Below are positions 9,252 through 19,933 of a DNA stretch of 64,000 nt, piece by piece. The notes under the pieces are model-generated. The model was not told the origin of the DNA. It did not search any database and was given only the letters and a program-made list of their open reading frames with translations. Both the position numbers and the translations under genes were made by a program. Each line of letters opens with the position of its first letter. Position 1 is the first letter of the stretch. The DNA is from an uncultured bacterium (GTDB taxonomy: Bacteria; Patescibacteriota; Minisyncoccia; UBA6257; 2-01-FULL-56-20), in contig OY970175.1 of the NCBI GenBank assembly GCA_963707865.1, forward strand, positions 758,028 to 822,027, in the 5' to 3' direction.

Positions 9252-10616
9252 CTAGCTTTTGTAAATAATATCTTTGATTGTTAATATCTTTTGGTTAAGC
9301 GTGGCGCTTCTGTTGATTTCCTGGTTTATTTTTTCATAGGAATGGATGGCGGTGGTGTGGTCTCTCCCCATTTTCTCCCCAATGTACGGATAGGAAAGCT
9401 CTGAGATCTCCCGAAGTAAATACATAGCGATCTGGCGAGGCTCCACCACCTCTTTTCTACGGTTGTGGCTTATAATGTCCTCAATAGAGACACCAAAGAA
9501 TTCGGCAACCGCCTTCAGTATCTGGGCGTCGCTCACCCGCTTCGAAACGTTCTTGGTTGATTTTTCTATAATTTCCTCTGCAAGCGCCCTTGTGATTTCG
9601 GCCCCCTTTTGCTCTTGGAGGAAAAGCATTTTTTTTAATATTCCCTCAAGCTCGCGGATATTTTTCCTAAGGCGACGCGCGAGGAGGTCAATAATATCTT
9701 CGCCAAGGCTGCGGTTCGCCTCTAAAAGCTTGCTCCGGATGATGGCAACGCGCATCTCGTATTCTGGGTAACCGATGTCCGCGACGAAGCCGCCCTCGAA
9801 ACGGGACCGCAGGCGCTCCTCGAGCGTGGGGAGGGATTGCGGGGGTCGATCGGAAGAGATGATAATTTGTTTGCCTCCTTCGTACAGCGCGTTGAAGGTG
9901 TGGAAGAACTCCTCTTCGGTTTTTTCCTTCCCGCCGATAAACTGGATGTCGTCGATGATGAGCACGTCAACGTCGCGGTATTTTTTCTTCACACTTTCGA
10001 TTCGGTCGTTGCGCAACCCCCATACCACCTCGCGGGTATACTGCTCGGAGGGAACATATTTTGGCTTCACCCTCTTCCCGTTCCGTGCGACGATCTCGTT
10101 GCCGATCGCCTGGATGAGGTGCGTTTTCCCGAGTCCCACGCCGCCGTACACAAAAAAGGGATTATATTTTCCGATATGCTCCGCGATGGATTTCCCCGCA
10201 GTGAACGCAAGCTCGTTGGAGGGCCCTACCACAAACACAGAGAAGGTGTAGCGGGGGTTTAAATTGGTTTCGGGGTCTGCCTTATTGAAATCCAATTCTG
10301 CCGGGGCAAGCGTAGCGAGGTCGTTCGTGTCCGCCATGCTCTTTTGAGGTGCGGGTGCCCGTTGCCCTATGACGAACTCCACCTTTTTGATTGAGCTGTC
10401 CATGTTCCGCAGTATCCCAAGGATATTTTTTTGGTATTTTTCCTCAACCCAGGACTTGGCGAAATTATTTGGCAGAGCGACAAACAAAGTACCCTCTTCG
10501 CGCTCTATAGGCTTCGTGCCCCGGAGCCACAACGAGAAGTTCGCTTTCGTGAGTTGGATCTCCATTTCTCCTAACGTTGATTGCCAAAGCTTTTCGAGAT
10601 CCATGTTGTTGTTCAT
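9252..10616 (-). CDS. dnaA: Chromosomal replication initiator DnaA
   Basis: [55 protein letters not shown]. Confidence 0.98.
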   Translation of the reverse strand: MNNNMDLEKLWQSTLGEMEIQLTKANFSLWLRGTKPIEREEGTLFVALPNNFAKSWVEEKYQKNILGILRNMDSSIKKVEFVIGQRAPAPQKSMADTNDLATLAPAELDFNKADPETNLNPRYTFSVFVVGPSNELAFTAGKSIAEHIGKYNPFFVYGGVGLGKTHLIQAIGNEIVARNGKRVKPKYVPSEQYTREVVWGLRNDRIESVKKKYRDVDVLIIDDIQFIGGKEKTEEEFFHTFNALYEGGKQIIISSDRPPQSLPTLEERLRSRFEGGFVADIGYPEYEMRVAIIRSKLLEANRSLGEDIIDLLARRLRKNIRELEGILKKMLFLQEQKGAEITRALAEEIIEKSTKNVSKRVSDAQILKAVAEFFGVSIEDIISHNRRKEVVEPRQIAMYLLREISELSYPYIGEKMGRDHTTAIHSYEKINQEINRSATLNQKILTIKDIIYKS

Positions 10617-10663
10617 TATCAACCCTTATGCCCGTCCCGTCAAAAAGTCAAACTACACCGTTT

Positions 10664-10683
10664 TGTGGATGGGATGTGCATAA
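10664..10683. promoter_or_regulatory. DnaA boxes upstream of dnaA
   Basis: TGTGGATGG (10664-10672) and TGTGCATAA (10675-10683) resemble TGTGGATAA. Confidence 0.6.
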
Positions 10684-10744
10684 CCTGTTACAAGGGCCCA
10701 CGCCTCGCTGGCGCGTTTTTGAATCCCGTGATAAACTCTTCAAG

Positions 10745-10879
10745 ATGTCGTTTACCTACAGTCCTAAAAAGAAAAAAAGGAAAAGGACGCACGGATTTTT
10801 GCGGCGGCAACGGGTACCGGGCGGCCGGCGCGTTCTCGCACGGCGCAGAGCGAAAGGGAGGCGGCGGATCAGCGTCTAA
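10745..10879 (+). CDS. rpmH: 50S ribosomal protein L34
   Basis: [44 protein letters not shown]; divergent from dnaA. Confidence 0.95.
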   Translation: MSFTYSPKKKKRKRTHGFLRRQRVPGGRRVLARRRAKGRRRISV

Positions 10880-10884
10880 TAGCG

Positions 10885-11217
10885 ATGCTTTCCAAATTAT
10901 CACGGTTGCCGAGCCGGGATTTTAGGGCGGGGCGGTGGGGAGTGGCATCAACGCCATACTTTGTATTGAAAATGAAACCGGGCATACAAGAGAAAATCAG
11001 GATTGGAGTTGTCGCGGGTGCCTCTGTGCACAAGAACGCCGCGAAGAGGAATTTTTGGAAGCGGCAGGCGAAAACAGCGCTCCTCGCGGCCGGCAGCGCG
11101 GGCACCGATTTCCTTGTTGTCCTCACTCCCAGAGTCAACACGCTCACTAAAAAGCAATTTAAGGAACTTTTGTTCCAGGCCCTCCTTCCCCACACAAAAA
11201 ACGATCACCGACAATGA
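10885..11217 (+). CDS. rnpA: Ribonuclease P protein component
   Basis: RIGVVAG..VHKNAAKRNFWKR (RNR-like motif); position after rpmH. Confidence 0.85.
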   Translation: MLSKLSRLPSRDFRAGRWGVASTPYFVLKMKPGIQEKIRIGVVAGASVHKNAAKRNFWKRQAKTALLAAGSAGTDFLVVLTPRVNTLTKKQFKELLFQALLPHTKNDHRQ

Positions 11218-11933
11218 GCTACCTCTACCAAGCCATTCTTTACCGGCCCATTCTTAATCTTCTCGTTTATTTTTATGAAACGATCTCGTTCCGCGACCTT
11301 GGGATCGCTATAATATTCGTCACCATTCTCATCCGCCTGGTGCTGTATCCATTATTCCATAAAGGTGCCAAACAGCAGATGCTGATGCAGCGCATCCAGC
11401 CGAAAATTAAAAAAATCCAGGAGTTGCACAAAAACGACAAAGAAAAGCAGGCGCAGGCGCTGATGGGACTCTACAAGGAGCACGGGGTAAGTCCCTTCTC
11501 GAGTATCGTTCTTCTCGTCATTCAGTTGCCGATCATGATTGCTCTCTACTGGGTGGTGCGTTCTGCGCTCACGCCTGGAGAGCTCACAGGGTTGTATTCT
11601 TTTGTGGCGGTGCCGCAGGCCATCAACCCACTCTTCCTCGGTGCCATCAACCTCGCGGCCCCGAGCATCATCCTCATCCTCCTCGCCGCACTCGCCCAGT
11701 ACTTACAGGCGCGGCTTGCTATCTATCGGGACCCCGGGAGCAATGCGCCGCTTTCCTCCGCAGAGAAGATGGCGCGGCAAATGGTTTTCATCGGGCCCCT
11801 CGTCACCATTTTTATTTTTTACAGCTTGCCCGCCGCCGTCGGCCTCTACTGGCTCGTCACGTCACTCTTCTCGGTAGGACAGCAATTAATCATCAATAAG
11901 CATTTCAAAAAAGGAGAAACCGCGGCGGTATAA
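11214..11933 (+). CDS. yidC: YidC/Oxa1 membrane protein insertase (short form)
   Basis: GIAIIFVTILIRLVLYPL, IQPKIKKIQ, LYKEHGVSP, QLPI, LPAAVGLYW. Confidence 0.95.
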   Translation: MSYLYQAILYRPILNLLVYFYETISFRDLGIAIIFVTILIRLVLYPLFHKGAKQQMLMQRIQPKIKKIQELHKNDKEKQAQALMGLYKEHGVSPFSSIVLLVIQLPIMIALYWVVRSALTPGELTGLYSFVAVPQAINPLFLGAINLAAPSIILILLAALAQYLQARLAIYRDPGSNAPLSSAEKMARQMVFIGPLVTIFIFYSLPAAVGLYWLVTSLFSVGQQLIINKHFKKGETAAV

Positions 11934-12006
11934 CAAGATGTCCGCAGACGCCGAGCTCCCTTCCGCGGCTTGATTTTGGTGCGAGAGTATGGAATAGTAC
12001 CTTGAA

Positions 12007-12441
12007 ATGGAGAGTTGGGAAACGATTACCAAAAATATCGTGGAGGCAATGGGATTCCGCGATTATCGGTTGGAAATAAAACCAGAGGAAAAGCACGGCT
12101 CGCTTTTCATCTACGACGGTGGGAATCTTCTTAAAGAAAATCTCGCCGCCATCGTAGAGAGCGTGAACCATCTTTTTCAAATGATTGCAAAGAAGAATCA
12201 GATTGACCTCTTCTTTCTCGACGTGAACAGTTACCGGCAGGAGCGCGAGAACTTGATCGCCGAGCTTGCGCGCGCGGCGGCGAAGAAAGCGGTCGCGACG
12301 AAAAACGCGGTGCCGCTCCCCGCGATGAACTCGTATGAACGGAGAATCGTGCACGCGGAACTCGCGTTGCATCCCGAGGTGAAGACCGAGAGTTCGGGAG
12401 AAGGCAAAGAGCGCTATGTGGTTATAAAGCCGCTTTCGTAG
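12007..12441 (+). CDS. jag: Jag/KhpB-like RNA-binding protein (KH-like plus R3H)
   Basis: LDVNSYR, LPAMNSYERRIVH, ESSGEGKERYVVI; follows yidC. Confidence 0.88.
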   Translation: MESWETITKNIVEAMGFRDYRLEIKPEEKHGSLFIYDGGNLLKENLAAIVESVNHLFQMIAKKNQIDLFFLDVNSYRQERENLIAELARAAAKKAVATKNAVPLPAMNSYERRIVHAELALHPEVKTESSGEGKERYVVIKPLS

Positions 12442-12451
12442 GGGTTCTGGT

Positions 12452-13687
12452 CTATTGCGTGGCGGTGGAGGTGCCGAGTGAGCGCGCGTAGAGTTTTTGA
12501 TCGTAGCGGTTGACGAAGAAGAGGATATTATTGAAAAACTTTACATTCGAAACGTCTAAGTTCTGCGATACGCTAGTAAGGACAGCGCCAACGCTCCCGT
12601 CAGACAAGTTCACTCGGTAAAGATCGTCGAGGGTCATGAACATTCTTTCCTCGTACGCGTCCGGCAATGAGTTGTTTTTGAGTTTCGTGGCATCACGAGG
12701 GACTCCGCAGAAAAGGGCCAAGGTCGATGATGCGCTCGCCACTGTGGTCGTGGTGAGCGTGGTTCCCGCGCTCGTTGCAAACGCGCACTTTGAGGGCAGC
12801 GTGAGGAAGCTCATCCGATGGACAAGATTGCCATCGTTATCAATGATCCCTAATTGCCCTCCGCGCGCAAGGTCTGTCCCTGCAAGGATGAGCCCAAGCG
12901 TCCCATTATTGTTCCACTGGGATTCAAGGCCAACCCGGTTGGCGACGATCTTTGAGAGCGCGCCCGTTTTCGCATTAACACTGAATATAGATCCAGAAAA
13001 CAGGGCACTGCTCTTATCAAAGAGGAAGATGCTGCCAGGAGACCGCCAGAGAACTTGAAAATCTGTGGCAGGAAAAGAAATGAGGAATTTTGGGCTGGCG
13101 TGAGGGTCGGAGGTGTCTATGGTTTCAAGCGAGCTTACGTCGTTTGTTTGGGCGAGATACGCAATTTGATAATTGGAAGGAGACCACGCCGCGGCAGTCG
13201 GGTTTGCTGAGAGAGGACTCCACGCTTTTTTAGTAATGTCAAAAACGCTCCACTGGAGGGCGGTCGGGTTGCCAAAGCCCACAAGGATCCGCTTGCCGTC
13301 GTAGGAAAAATCAGCAGAGACGACATTGGGTATTTCGGTGGAGTTCAAATAGGTCGACTGGTCGTTCGCGATTTGTTCGATTTTGCCATCGGGTTCCACG
13401 GTAATTACGGTATTGCTCGCGTCGACAAAGTAATTAAGCACGGGTTCGTTTGAAACGATACCGAAGCTGGCGATAGCTGTGGGTGACTGATTGGCGTTTC
13501 CTGTGGGGAGACCCGTTTGCCCAACCGTATTATTTGTGTTGGCTTGCGTTCCTGTCTGCGGAAGGGTGCCGGAAGACCCTTGCGGCAGCACCGTTTGTGT
13601 TTGATTGCGCGAAACGAGCCAAAGGGCCACAAGCCCGGCGATGATAGCCACGATAACTCCAACAATGATGTACCGGTAACGCCTCAT
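12452..13687 (-). CDS. Membrane-anchored extracellular protein, probable beta-propeller
   Basis: N-terminal TM, T/Q-rich linker, repeated FSYDG/WSPSN/WRSPG/WNNNG blade-like motifs. Confidence 0.7.
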   Translation of the reverse strand: MRRYRYIIVGVIVAIIAGLVALWLVSRNQTQTVLPQGSSGTLPQTGTQANTNNTVGQTGLPTGNANQSPTAIASFGIVSNEPVLNYFVDASNTVITVEPDGKIEQIANDQSTYLNSTEIPNVVSADFSYDGKRILVGFGNPTALQWSVFDITKKAWSPLSANPTAAAWSPSNYQIAYLAQTNDVSSLETIDTSDPHASPKFLISFPATDFQVLWRSPGSIFLFDKSSALFSGSIFSVNAKTGALSKIVANRVGLESQWNNNGTLGLILAGTDLARGGQLGIIDNDGNLVHRMSFLTLPSKCAFATSAGTTLTTTTVASASSTLALFCGVPRDATKLKNNSLPDAYEERMFMTLDDLYRVNLSDGSVGAVLTSVSQNLDVSNVKFFNNILFFVNRYDQKLYARSLGTSTATQ

Positions 13688-13688
13688 C

Positions 13689-14063
13689 TTACGGTTTAGT
13701 TAGTGGAAGGTTAAGATTTACGATATTCGGGTTCACTGTGTGGAGGATGATATATGCGCCGGCGAGAAGCAGGAGCCCAAGAAGCGCGTTCGTGACCCAA
13801 CCTTTTCCTTCGCTTTCGGCCGAGGGGTTGCCGCGACTCACCGCGTACTTGATGCCGCCATAGACAATCGCACCGAACGCAAGAATTCCCGCGACGAGAA
13901 GGGCGAAGCTGTAAAAACCTGACACAAACCCCGTCGTGCCTGTGCCGCTCGTCACGCCCGGGAGGTTGGTATTAATTTGAATGGTTACTGCGACTGCGCG
14001 GCGGATTGCGGTGGGGAGAAGCACTGCGGCGGCGGCGATACCAAAAGTCGTTTTTTTCATCAT
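13689..14063 (-). CDS. TrbC/VirB2-type pilin (CPR pilin family)
   Basis: Signal-like N-terminus; helix pair AGILAFGAIVYGGIKY...AESEGKGWVTNALLGLLLLAGAYIILHTVNP. Confidence 0.8.
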   Translation of the reverse strand: MMKKTTFGIAAAAVLLPTAIRRAVAVTIQINTNLPGVTSGTGTTGFVSGFYSFALLVAGILAFGAIVYGGIKYAVSRGNPSAESEGKGWVTNALLGLLLLAGAYIILHTVNPNIVNLNLPLTKP

Positions 14064-14752
14064 GATTTTTGGTAGGTGAGGACGGTGTTGGCGGTTGCCG
14101 TGGTTGAGTCGGATGGGTTCACGACAACGAGGTTTATGGAGATGGTTGTCCCCGGAGTAGTGCTCTCGCTTATAGCGAGAGTCGCCTCTTCCGGATTTTC
14201 CGCGGACTGCGTCGGTACTCCGTTCGCCGACCAGGCGTAAGTCAGCGCGGACGGGCCGGAAACATTAAAGAAGTAGGGCAGGGCTTTGATGTCTGCCGAG
14301 GACGAGGCGATTATGCCGCCCGGATAATCCGCCTCAATAGCGACCTTCGGGGCTACGACGGGAACTTGTATGTCCGCGACAAAAGGATTGCCGTTTGCGT
14401 CCTCCACTCTTGCCTGCAAGTCGGTGACCTGTTCGGTTGCCTGCGGCGCCGCGAACGATATTCTCTGAAGACCTTGTCCGGATTGGAGAAGCTCACCATC
14501 GGCATACCAGTAGATTGTGTAATCGGAAATATCCACTGGGACACCGTCGTTCAAAAGCATAACCCACGCCGTGACATTTGAACCTCCCGTGGGAAGTTGC
14601 TTCCCGTGGAATCCGGGCGGGACATATGTGTCGGTTGACCAGTCAATGATAGTTCCGGTAAGCGACGGCAACGCCGCTCGCGCCTGAATACTGAACATCG
14701 CGGCAAGGGCAATCGCCGCACCTACTACACAACTAGCTTTCATAATCCGCAT
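14060..14752 (-). CDS. Secreted hypothetical protein with Ig/PKD-like beta domains
   Basis: Signal peptide (QARA), TDTYVPPGFHGKQLP, YWYADG, ALPYFF, YAWSANG. Confidence 0.7.
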   Translation of the reverse strand: MRIMKASCVVGAAIALAAMFSIQARAALPSLTGTIIDWSTDTYVPPGFHGKQLPTGGSNVTAWVMLLNDGVPVDISDYTIYWYADGELLQSGQGLQRISFAAPQATEQVTDLQARVEDANGNPFVADIQVPVVAPKVAIEADYPGGIIASSSADIKALPYFFNVSGPSALTYAWSANGVPTQSAENPEEATLAISESTTPGTTISINLVVVNPSDSTTATANTVLTYQKS

Positions 14753-14788
14753 TGCTTCAATTATACCAAATGGCGCCTCGGCGCGCCG

Positions 14789-15661
14789 CTACGCTGCCTC
14801 CGGGTTGTCGGTTTCTTCTTCTTGAGGACTTTCTTCTGCTTGGGCCGCCTGCGCCTCTTTTGCTTCTTCAGCAAGAGCTTGGATCTCTTCCGCCGAGGAC
14901 GGGAAGTATTTCTTCAGAGCTGCTTCCTCCGGCGGGACCATTGCAGGTGCCGCCTCTTCCTCAATTTTCTTATACTCTTCCTCTGCCCCCACCCTCTCAC
15001 CGGCTTCTTCCCCCGCCATTCCTGCCTCTCCAGTGGGCGCTTCTTCGCCAGTCGGGGGGGCACCTCCCGATTCCGGTGCTGTGGGTCCTTCCGCGCCGGG
15101 CGGTCCTGCGGCACCGCCTTCGGAGACGCCAGTTTGTGCCGAGGGCGCGCCACCTGCGGCTCCGGCCGGTGCTCCTTCTGCGGCGGCCCCTGCCCCCCCT
15201 GCGGCTACCCCCTTTGTCGCTGCACCTTCTACTGCCGCCCCCTCCGCCGCGGCCCCGCCGAGGGCACCGCCTTCGCCTCCTTCTAGTGCACCCCCCACCT
15301 TCTCAGCAACTTCTTCAACCACGGGGGTCCGGTCAATGATTATCGTGACAACCCAGGCAACGAGTGGGGTCGGAAGTGCCTGGACAATCGGGAACATCCC
15401 GGCGGCATAACCGACGATATTAGTAGCGACAACATTAGTCCCCCTCAATCCTTTCATGTAAAGGTAAAAAAACATCAATCCGCCGGCGACAGGCGCCGTA
15501 ATATCACCGACGACCGGGATAAGGTTGATGACGCACACCACAACAAGGCCGCTTCCAATAAGAAGTCCCTCGGTAAGCGTGATTTTCGGCTGGGACCGCG
15601 CCGCACCTCCGCCCGCGGGAGGCGCAGCCCCTGATTTTGGTTGTGGCGCCGCCTCGGCCAT
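14789..15661 (-). CDS. Hypothetical membrane protein with Ala/Gly/Glu-rich tail
   Basis: Hydrophobic core (residues ~30-110) followed by low-complexity acidic tail; start overlaps the VirB4 stop codon by 1 nt. Confidence 0.7.
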   Translation of the reverse strand: MAEAAPQPKSGAAPPAGGGAARSQPKITLTEGLLIGSGLVVVCVINLIPVVGDITAPVAGGLMFFYLYMKGLRGTNVVATNIVGYAAGMFPIVQALPTPLVAWVVTIIIDRTPVVEEVAEKVGGALEGGEGGALGGAAAEGAAVEGAATKGVAAGGAGAAAEGAPAGAAGGAPSAQTGVSEGGAAGPPGAEGPTAPESGGAPPTGEEAPTGEAGMAGEEAGERVGAEEEYKKIEEEAAPAMVPPEEAALKKYFPSSAEEIQALAEEAKEAQAAQAEESPQEEETDNPEAA

Positions 15662-17400
15662 TACAGTTCTTTTTTCTCCTCCAGTAGCTGCTCCGGATTG
15701 GTGGTGATAATCTGGTCTTCAAAGTACGACGGCACAATCTGAATCGCGACATGGCGCTTGCCGGCGAAGAAAATTCCCGTGCCCACCTCTGCGCTCAAAA
15801 GGAAGTTTTTTTCCGCGTCCGTAAGGTCAAACGCCTTTGCTACGATATCAATCGTCGCCGGCGCCTGCTTTAAAAGCATCTGGAGAGATGAGTTCGTGAT
15901 AATGGGGCGCCCGTAGGGAGAGCGCAGGAAATCCTCCACGTCTTGCGTGATCGTGGAAACGCCAAGGAAATATTTCCGTGCGCGTTTCACAAGGCCGAAA
16001 AGGAACGTGGCCGAGTCGTCGTTCTTCATCATGATCCATGCCTCGTCAATGAAGAGCAGCCGCTTCGCGAGTTTCGCGCGGATCAGGCTCCAGATGTAGT
16101 TCAGAACGACGAACATCCCGATGGGGCGCAGCTCTTCCTCAAGGTCGCGGATGGAGAAGACGATGAGGCGGTTATTGACGTCAATGTTGGTCGGTTGGTT
16201 CAGGAGCCCCGCGAAGCTTCCTTCGGTGTATTTATAGAGTTTCTCCGACATGCCCCTACCCCCCTCAAGGTTGCGAAGAATGGTGGCGAGATCTCCCAAG
16301 AGTGGCGGTTCTTTTCCCGCGAAATCCAATCCGACGACGATTTCGCGCGAGGCGTAGGTTTCCGTGATCGCGCGGTCAAGGATAGCGTCCTCTTCGGGGG
16401 TGATCTTCCCCAACATAAGTTTGATCAGGCCCGCGAGCGTCACGATGTGCGACCGGAGGACGTCAGACGGCGTTTCGCCCTCGGGGATGAGCGGGAGGTC
16501 AAACGGGTTGATGTGCTCGTGCGCCGAGAGCGAAATATTGAACATGCTGCCGCCGAAGGTCTCGGCGAGCCGCTGATATTCGTTCTCCGGGTCAATCACG
16601 ATCACCATGTCCACGCCCGCCATGAGCGAGCGGATGATCTCCAGCTTCGTAGTGTACGACTTGCCGGAGCCGGACTTTGCGAAAACCACTTGGTTCGCGT
16701 TCTCCAGAGAAAAGCGGTCAAAGATCACAAGGTTACTGTTGTGCAGGTTGATGCCGTACATGATTCCCCGATTTGAGGAAAGGTCCTCCGAAACGAACGG
16801 GAAAAAAGAGGAAATCGGGCTTGTGTTCATCGGCGTATATATCTGCAATTTGTCCTCGTTGAGCGGAAGGACCGAGAAAAGCCCTTCCAGCTGTTCAAAA
16901 AGCGCCGGCTTCAGATAGATGAGTTTCGCCTCCATCATGTTTGTGAGCTTGCTCTCCAATCGCGCGAGGTCGTCGGCGTTGTCGGCGTAGATCGTGATGT
17001 AGACGCCGGTGTCAAAAAGCTTTTCCTGCGATTCTTGGAGGGAATCGCGCAGCCCCTCCACGTCTTTGATGGCGGTCTCCAGCATCGGATTCCGCACGAG
17101 GCCCTTATCCTCCTCGTCATTCAGCTGCGACTCCAGCTGGCCGGCCTTCTTGCGGAGATTTTTGAGCGCCGTGCCCGTATCAATCGGATTTACAAAAATG
17201 GAAATGTCAAAAAGGTTGGGGAGGTTGATAAGCGGCTCAAACCAGCCGGTCGCAAGATAGCGGGGGTATGAAAGTATAAAAAAGGTCTTCGCAACCTTGT
17301 CGCCGATTTTGAGGTAGCTGGGGAACACCTGCGCTCCCGCCGGCGCGATGATCTGTTTTATGTCTTTGAGTTGGCCGCGATTCTCGGGCATATTGTTCAT
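15661..17400 (-). CDS. virB4: VirB4/ConE-like type IV secretion ATPase
   Basis: GIMYGIN..NSNLVIFDRF, AKSGSGKS (Walker A), IDPENEY, INPFD, LFIDEAW (Walker B), KRARKY, TITQDVEDFL. Confidence 0.9.
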   Translation of the reverse strand: MNNMPENRGQLKDIKQIIAPAGAQVFPSYLKIGDKVAKTFFILSYPRYLATGWFEPLINLPNLFDISIFVNPIDTGTALKNLRKKAGQLESQLNDEEDKGLVRNPMLETAIKDVEGLRDSLQESQEKLFDTGVYITIYADNADDLARLESKLTNMMEAKLIYLKPALFEQLEGLFSVLPLNEDKLQIYTPMNTSPISSFFPFVSEDLSSNRGIMYGINLHNSNLVIFDRFSLENANQVVFAKSGSGKSYTTKLEIIRSLMAGVDMVIVIDPENEYQRLAETFGGSMFNISLSAHEHINPFDLPLIPEGETPSDVLRSHIVTLAGLIKLMLGKITPEEDAILDRAITETYASREIVVGLDFAGKEPPLLGDLATILRNLEGGRGMSEKLYKYTEGSFAGLLNQPTNIDVNNRLIVFSIRDLEEELRPIGMFVVLNYIWSLIRAKLAKRLLFIDEAWIMMKNDDSATFLFGLVKRARKYFLGVSTITQDVEDFLRSPYGRPIITNSSLQMLLKQAPATIDIVAKAFDLTDAEKNFLLSAEVGTGIFFAGKRHVAIQIVPSYFEDQIITTNPEQLLEEKKEL

Positions 17401-18074
17401 GTTGCTTCCTTCGGCAAGGCCATATCCTTTCGTTCAATGGTCTGAGGATTGTAGAAGTTGTAGAAAAGTTCCGCGAGCGCTTCGTCGTTCAAGATGGTCG
17501 CGTCAAGCCCCATGCCGAGAAGCCCTGTCGTGATCTGACTCGTGCGTTGGATGAGCTGCGCCAGATTTTCCTGGAAGATGCGCTCGGTCTCGGACGCATC
17601 CTTTGTCTCCGTTTCCTTGTTCTGTTTCTTCTTGAGGAACGGGAGAAATCCGGTGGCTTTTTTTGTTGACATGATACTCATTGGATAAAAAGGAACGACC
17701 ACAAGAAACGTCTTTTCCATGATCGCGTTCTTTTCCACGAATCCCTTTATGAATTGAACGTATTCGTCAATTTGACTCCGGAGCAGCGCGGTTTGTTCCG
17801 CTTCCTTCCGCGTGAGGAGCCCTTGTATGTATTTGTCAATGTTCACCTTCCGCGAATGCACCACGATCTGTAGCGGGAAATCAATACCGTTCAAAAAGTT
17901 CTGGTACCCTCCCGTGAGGAGATTTTGTTCGGATTCCGACTTGAGTGCGAAGTTCACGCCGCCCACAAGGACAACTTGCCGCATACTGCCGCCCTTAAGA
18001 ATGGCTGTGTTATTCCTGATCTCCTCGATGCTTACAAGGTCAAGGGAATTGCCAAAATCCTGTTTTGATGCCAT
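17397..18074 (-). CDS. T4SS-associated protein (resembles a separate VirB4/TraC N-terminal module)
   Basis: GVNFALKSESEQ, FLNGIDFPLQIVVHSR, FLVVVP, ELFYNFYNP; between PrgI and VirB4, overlapping the latter. Confidence 0.7.
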   Translation of the reverse strand: MASKQDFGNSLDLVSIEEIRNNTAILKGGSMRQVVLVGGVNFALKSESEQNLLTGGYQNFLNGIDFPLQIVVHSRKVNIDKYIQGLLTRKEAEQTALLRSQIDEYVQFIKGFVEKNAIMEKTFLVVVPFYPMSIMSTKKATGFLPFLKKKQNKETETKDASETERIFQENLAQLIQRTSQITTGLLGMGLDATILNDEALAELFYNFYNPQTIERKDMALPKEAT

Positions 18075-18096
18075 TGTTTATATTTTCTCATCATTA

Positions 18097-18633
18097 TCAG
18101 CGGTAGTCCACTCTCCGCGCCGCTTCGCGGTCGCCGGCGAGCTTTCGGAAAATCTCGTAATGGCCGCTCACTTTTTGTTCTTTGAGCTTCTTCGGCCCCC
18201 CCTTTGCTTTCTGGGGCTCCCTTGTCTTCGTTTTTACACCCACCTGGACATTTTCCCAGCTCTTATGGAGCGCCATACCCATGGCAATCTTCTCAAGAAC
18301 GCTGCTTTTAATCGGCTTCGCTTCCGGGGGCGCCTTATGCTTTTGTACTGCCGGATGTTCCGGCTGCCACACGTACGTTTGCGGGTTCCAGTAAAAGGAG
18401 AATGCCGAGAGGATGATTTTCGGAAGCGGCCTCCCTTCAATTTTTACGAACGAGATCGCAATGGCGCCGCCCACAAGGAAGAACGAAAGAAAAGCCCATA
18501 GCCACGTCTGGAGTATGAAATAAAGCAAGGCGGAGATGCCCGCGCCGATGCCGATGTAAACGAACTGTCGGAGCGACAAGGGCCCTACGATCTTATCCTC
18601 TGTATCTATAAATTGTGGGACCTGGAATTGCAT
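18097..18633 (-). CDS. prgI: PrgI family (VirB3-like) membrane protein
   Basis: MQFQVPQFIDTEDKIVGPLSLRQF, two TM helices, KIEGRP, PQTYVW. Confidence 0.88.
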   Translation of the reverse strand: MQFQVPQFIDTEDKIVGPLSLRQFVYIGIGAGISALLYFILQTWLWAFLSFFLVGGAIAISFVKIEGRPLPKIILSAFSFYWNPQTYVWQPEHPAVQKHKAPPEAKPIKSSVLEKIAMGMALHKSWENVQVGVKTKTREPQKAKGGPKKLKEQKVSGHYEIFRKLAGDREAARRVDYR

Positions 18634-18663
18634 TCACTATATTATAGCCCAAGTGTGCAGCTA

Positions 18664-18687
18664 AAGCCCCGGCAGGAGCCGGGGCTT
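18664..18687. terminator. GC-rich hairpin, probable terminator
   Basis: aagccccggc-agga-gccggggctt. Confidence 0.55.
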
Positions 18688-18717
18688 CCTTCATCCGCCA
18701 TCCGCCACGGCTATCAA

Positions 18718-19920
18718 TTATTTTTTTGGTGGCGGAGGCGGTGGTGCCGGTGGAGTGGATGGAGTCGGAAATTTCGGCGGCATAGGGAGTTCCAGTGCAA
18801 CCGGTTCGGGAGGAAGCGCCTTCAGTGGCGCGGGAGGCACAGACGGGACAGCGGTAAGCTCGGTTATTTTTCTTTGCGCCGCGGGGTTTGGAAACGTGGG
18901 ATTTTCCGTCAAGGGCGGTTTGTATTCCGTGTAGTGGACAACGCGCGGCGTTGAGGTAGCCATTTTTGGCGCGGGCAGCGGAGGCACCTTGCCGAGTTCA
19001 ACCACTGCGGGTCTTATCGGTAGCGACGCGGGCCCTTTTTGCATAGCAAATTTTTCCGAAGGAAGATCAAGGTGAAAATCCGGCGCCCGCTGTTGTGGCT
19101 TGGCCGAAACGTCTTCGTGGAGAATCATCGGCGGGGGTCCTGGAGGCGGCGTGGGCGGCTTCGGAATGCCAGCGGGCGGAGCAGCAGGCGCAATTCCTTC
19201 GCTGCGTTTCATTGCGAGCCGCTCAAATTCCCCGATGGGCCCCCGCGCCGGCGGTATCGTAATTGGAGCAGAAGGCGCGGGTGCCGCTGGTGCTCTCGGT
19301 GCCACCGGTGCTGCTGATGCGGTTTGGTCCAATTTCACCACCGGCTGTTTGAGCGTCGCCCGCGACCAACCCGCCGCTTCGGGCATTTTCGGTTGTGTAG
19401 CATTTTGAGGAGGCGGCGGTGTTGTTGAAGACGGAACCTCAGAAATTATTTTCGGCCCGGTCGGTGCGCTGGCTACAGCGGAAAGAGTGGCGGAGATTGT
19501 TTTTGACGGCGTGGCAGTCGATTTTGCTGGCACCACCGCCGTTTTTGATCCTGGGGGTTTAATATCCCCCGTGGTCACCGCAATGGGCTGATAGTTACTT
19601 TCGAGCTCGCTTTTTATCTGCGCGAAAATCTTTGTGTTTAGTTCATCCGCTAGGGAACTAGAAAATTGTGGATTGTTTAAAGATAGTGCTTCGTTGATTT
19701 CCGATCCTATATCGTAGTAATGTAAAACACCAAGGATAACCAAGCCAGCAATCTGCTGGATTGTAGTTCTCTTGTCTTCATCTACAATCCGGTTTCTGTC
19801 ACAGACCTGATTAATAATCCTGAGGTTGCGCTCAGCGGTCAAGGCCTCTTTTAATTGGTCAGGGAGGGAGTCGAATCGCTTATCGAGTTCTTCCTCCGTG
19901 ATGGAGGCAACAGGAATCAT
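18718..19920 (-). CDS. Hypothetical protein: helical N-domain plus long Pro-rich region
   Basis: RFDSLPDQLKEAL...GLVILGVL N-domain, then ~280 aa Pro/Ala-rich. Confidence 0.75.
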   Translation of the reverse strand: MIPVASITEEELDKRFDSLPDQLKEALTAERNLRIINQVCDRNRIVDEDKRTTIQQIAGLVILGVLHYYDIGSEINEALSLNNPQFSSSLADELNTKIFAQIKSELESNYQPIAVTTGDIKPPGSKTAVVPAKSTATPSKTISATLSAVASAPTGPKIISEVPSSTTPPPPQNATQPKMPEAAGWSRATLKQPVVKLDQTASAAPVAPRAPAAPAPSAPITIPPARGPIGEFERLAMKRSEGIAPAAPPAGIPKPPTPPPGPPPMILHEDVSAKPQQRAPDFHLDLPSEKFAMQKGPASLPIRPAVVELGKVPPLPAPKMATSTPRVVHYTEYKPPLTENPTFPNPAAQRKITELTAVPSVPPAPLKALPPEPVALELPMPPKFPTPSTPPAPPPPPPKK

Positions 19921-19933
19921 CCCTGATATTATA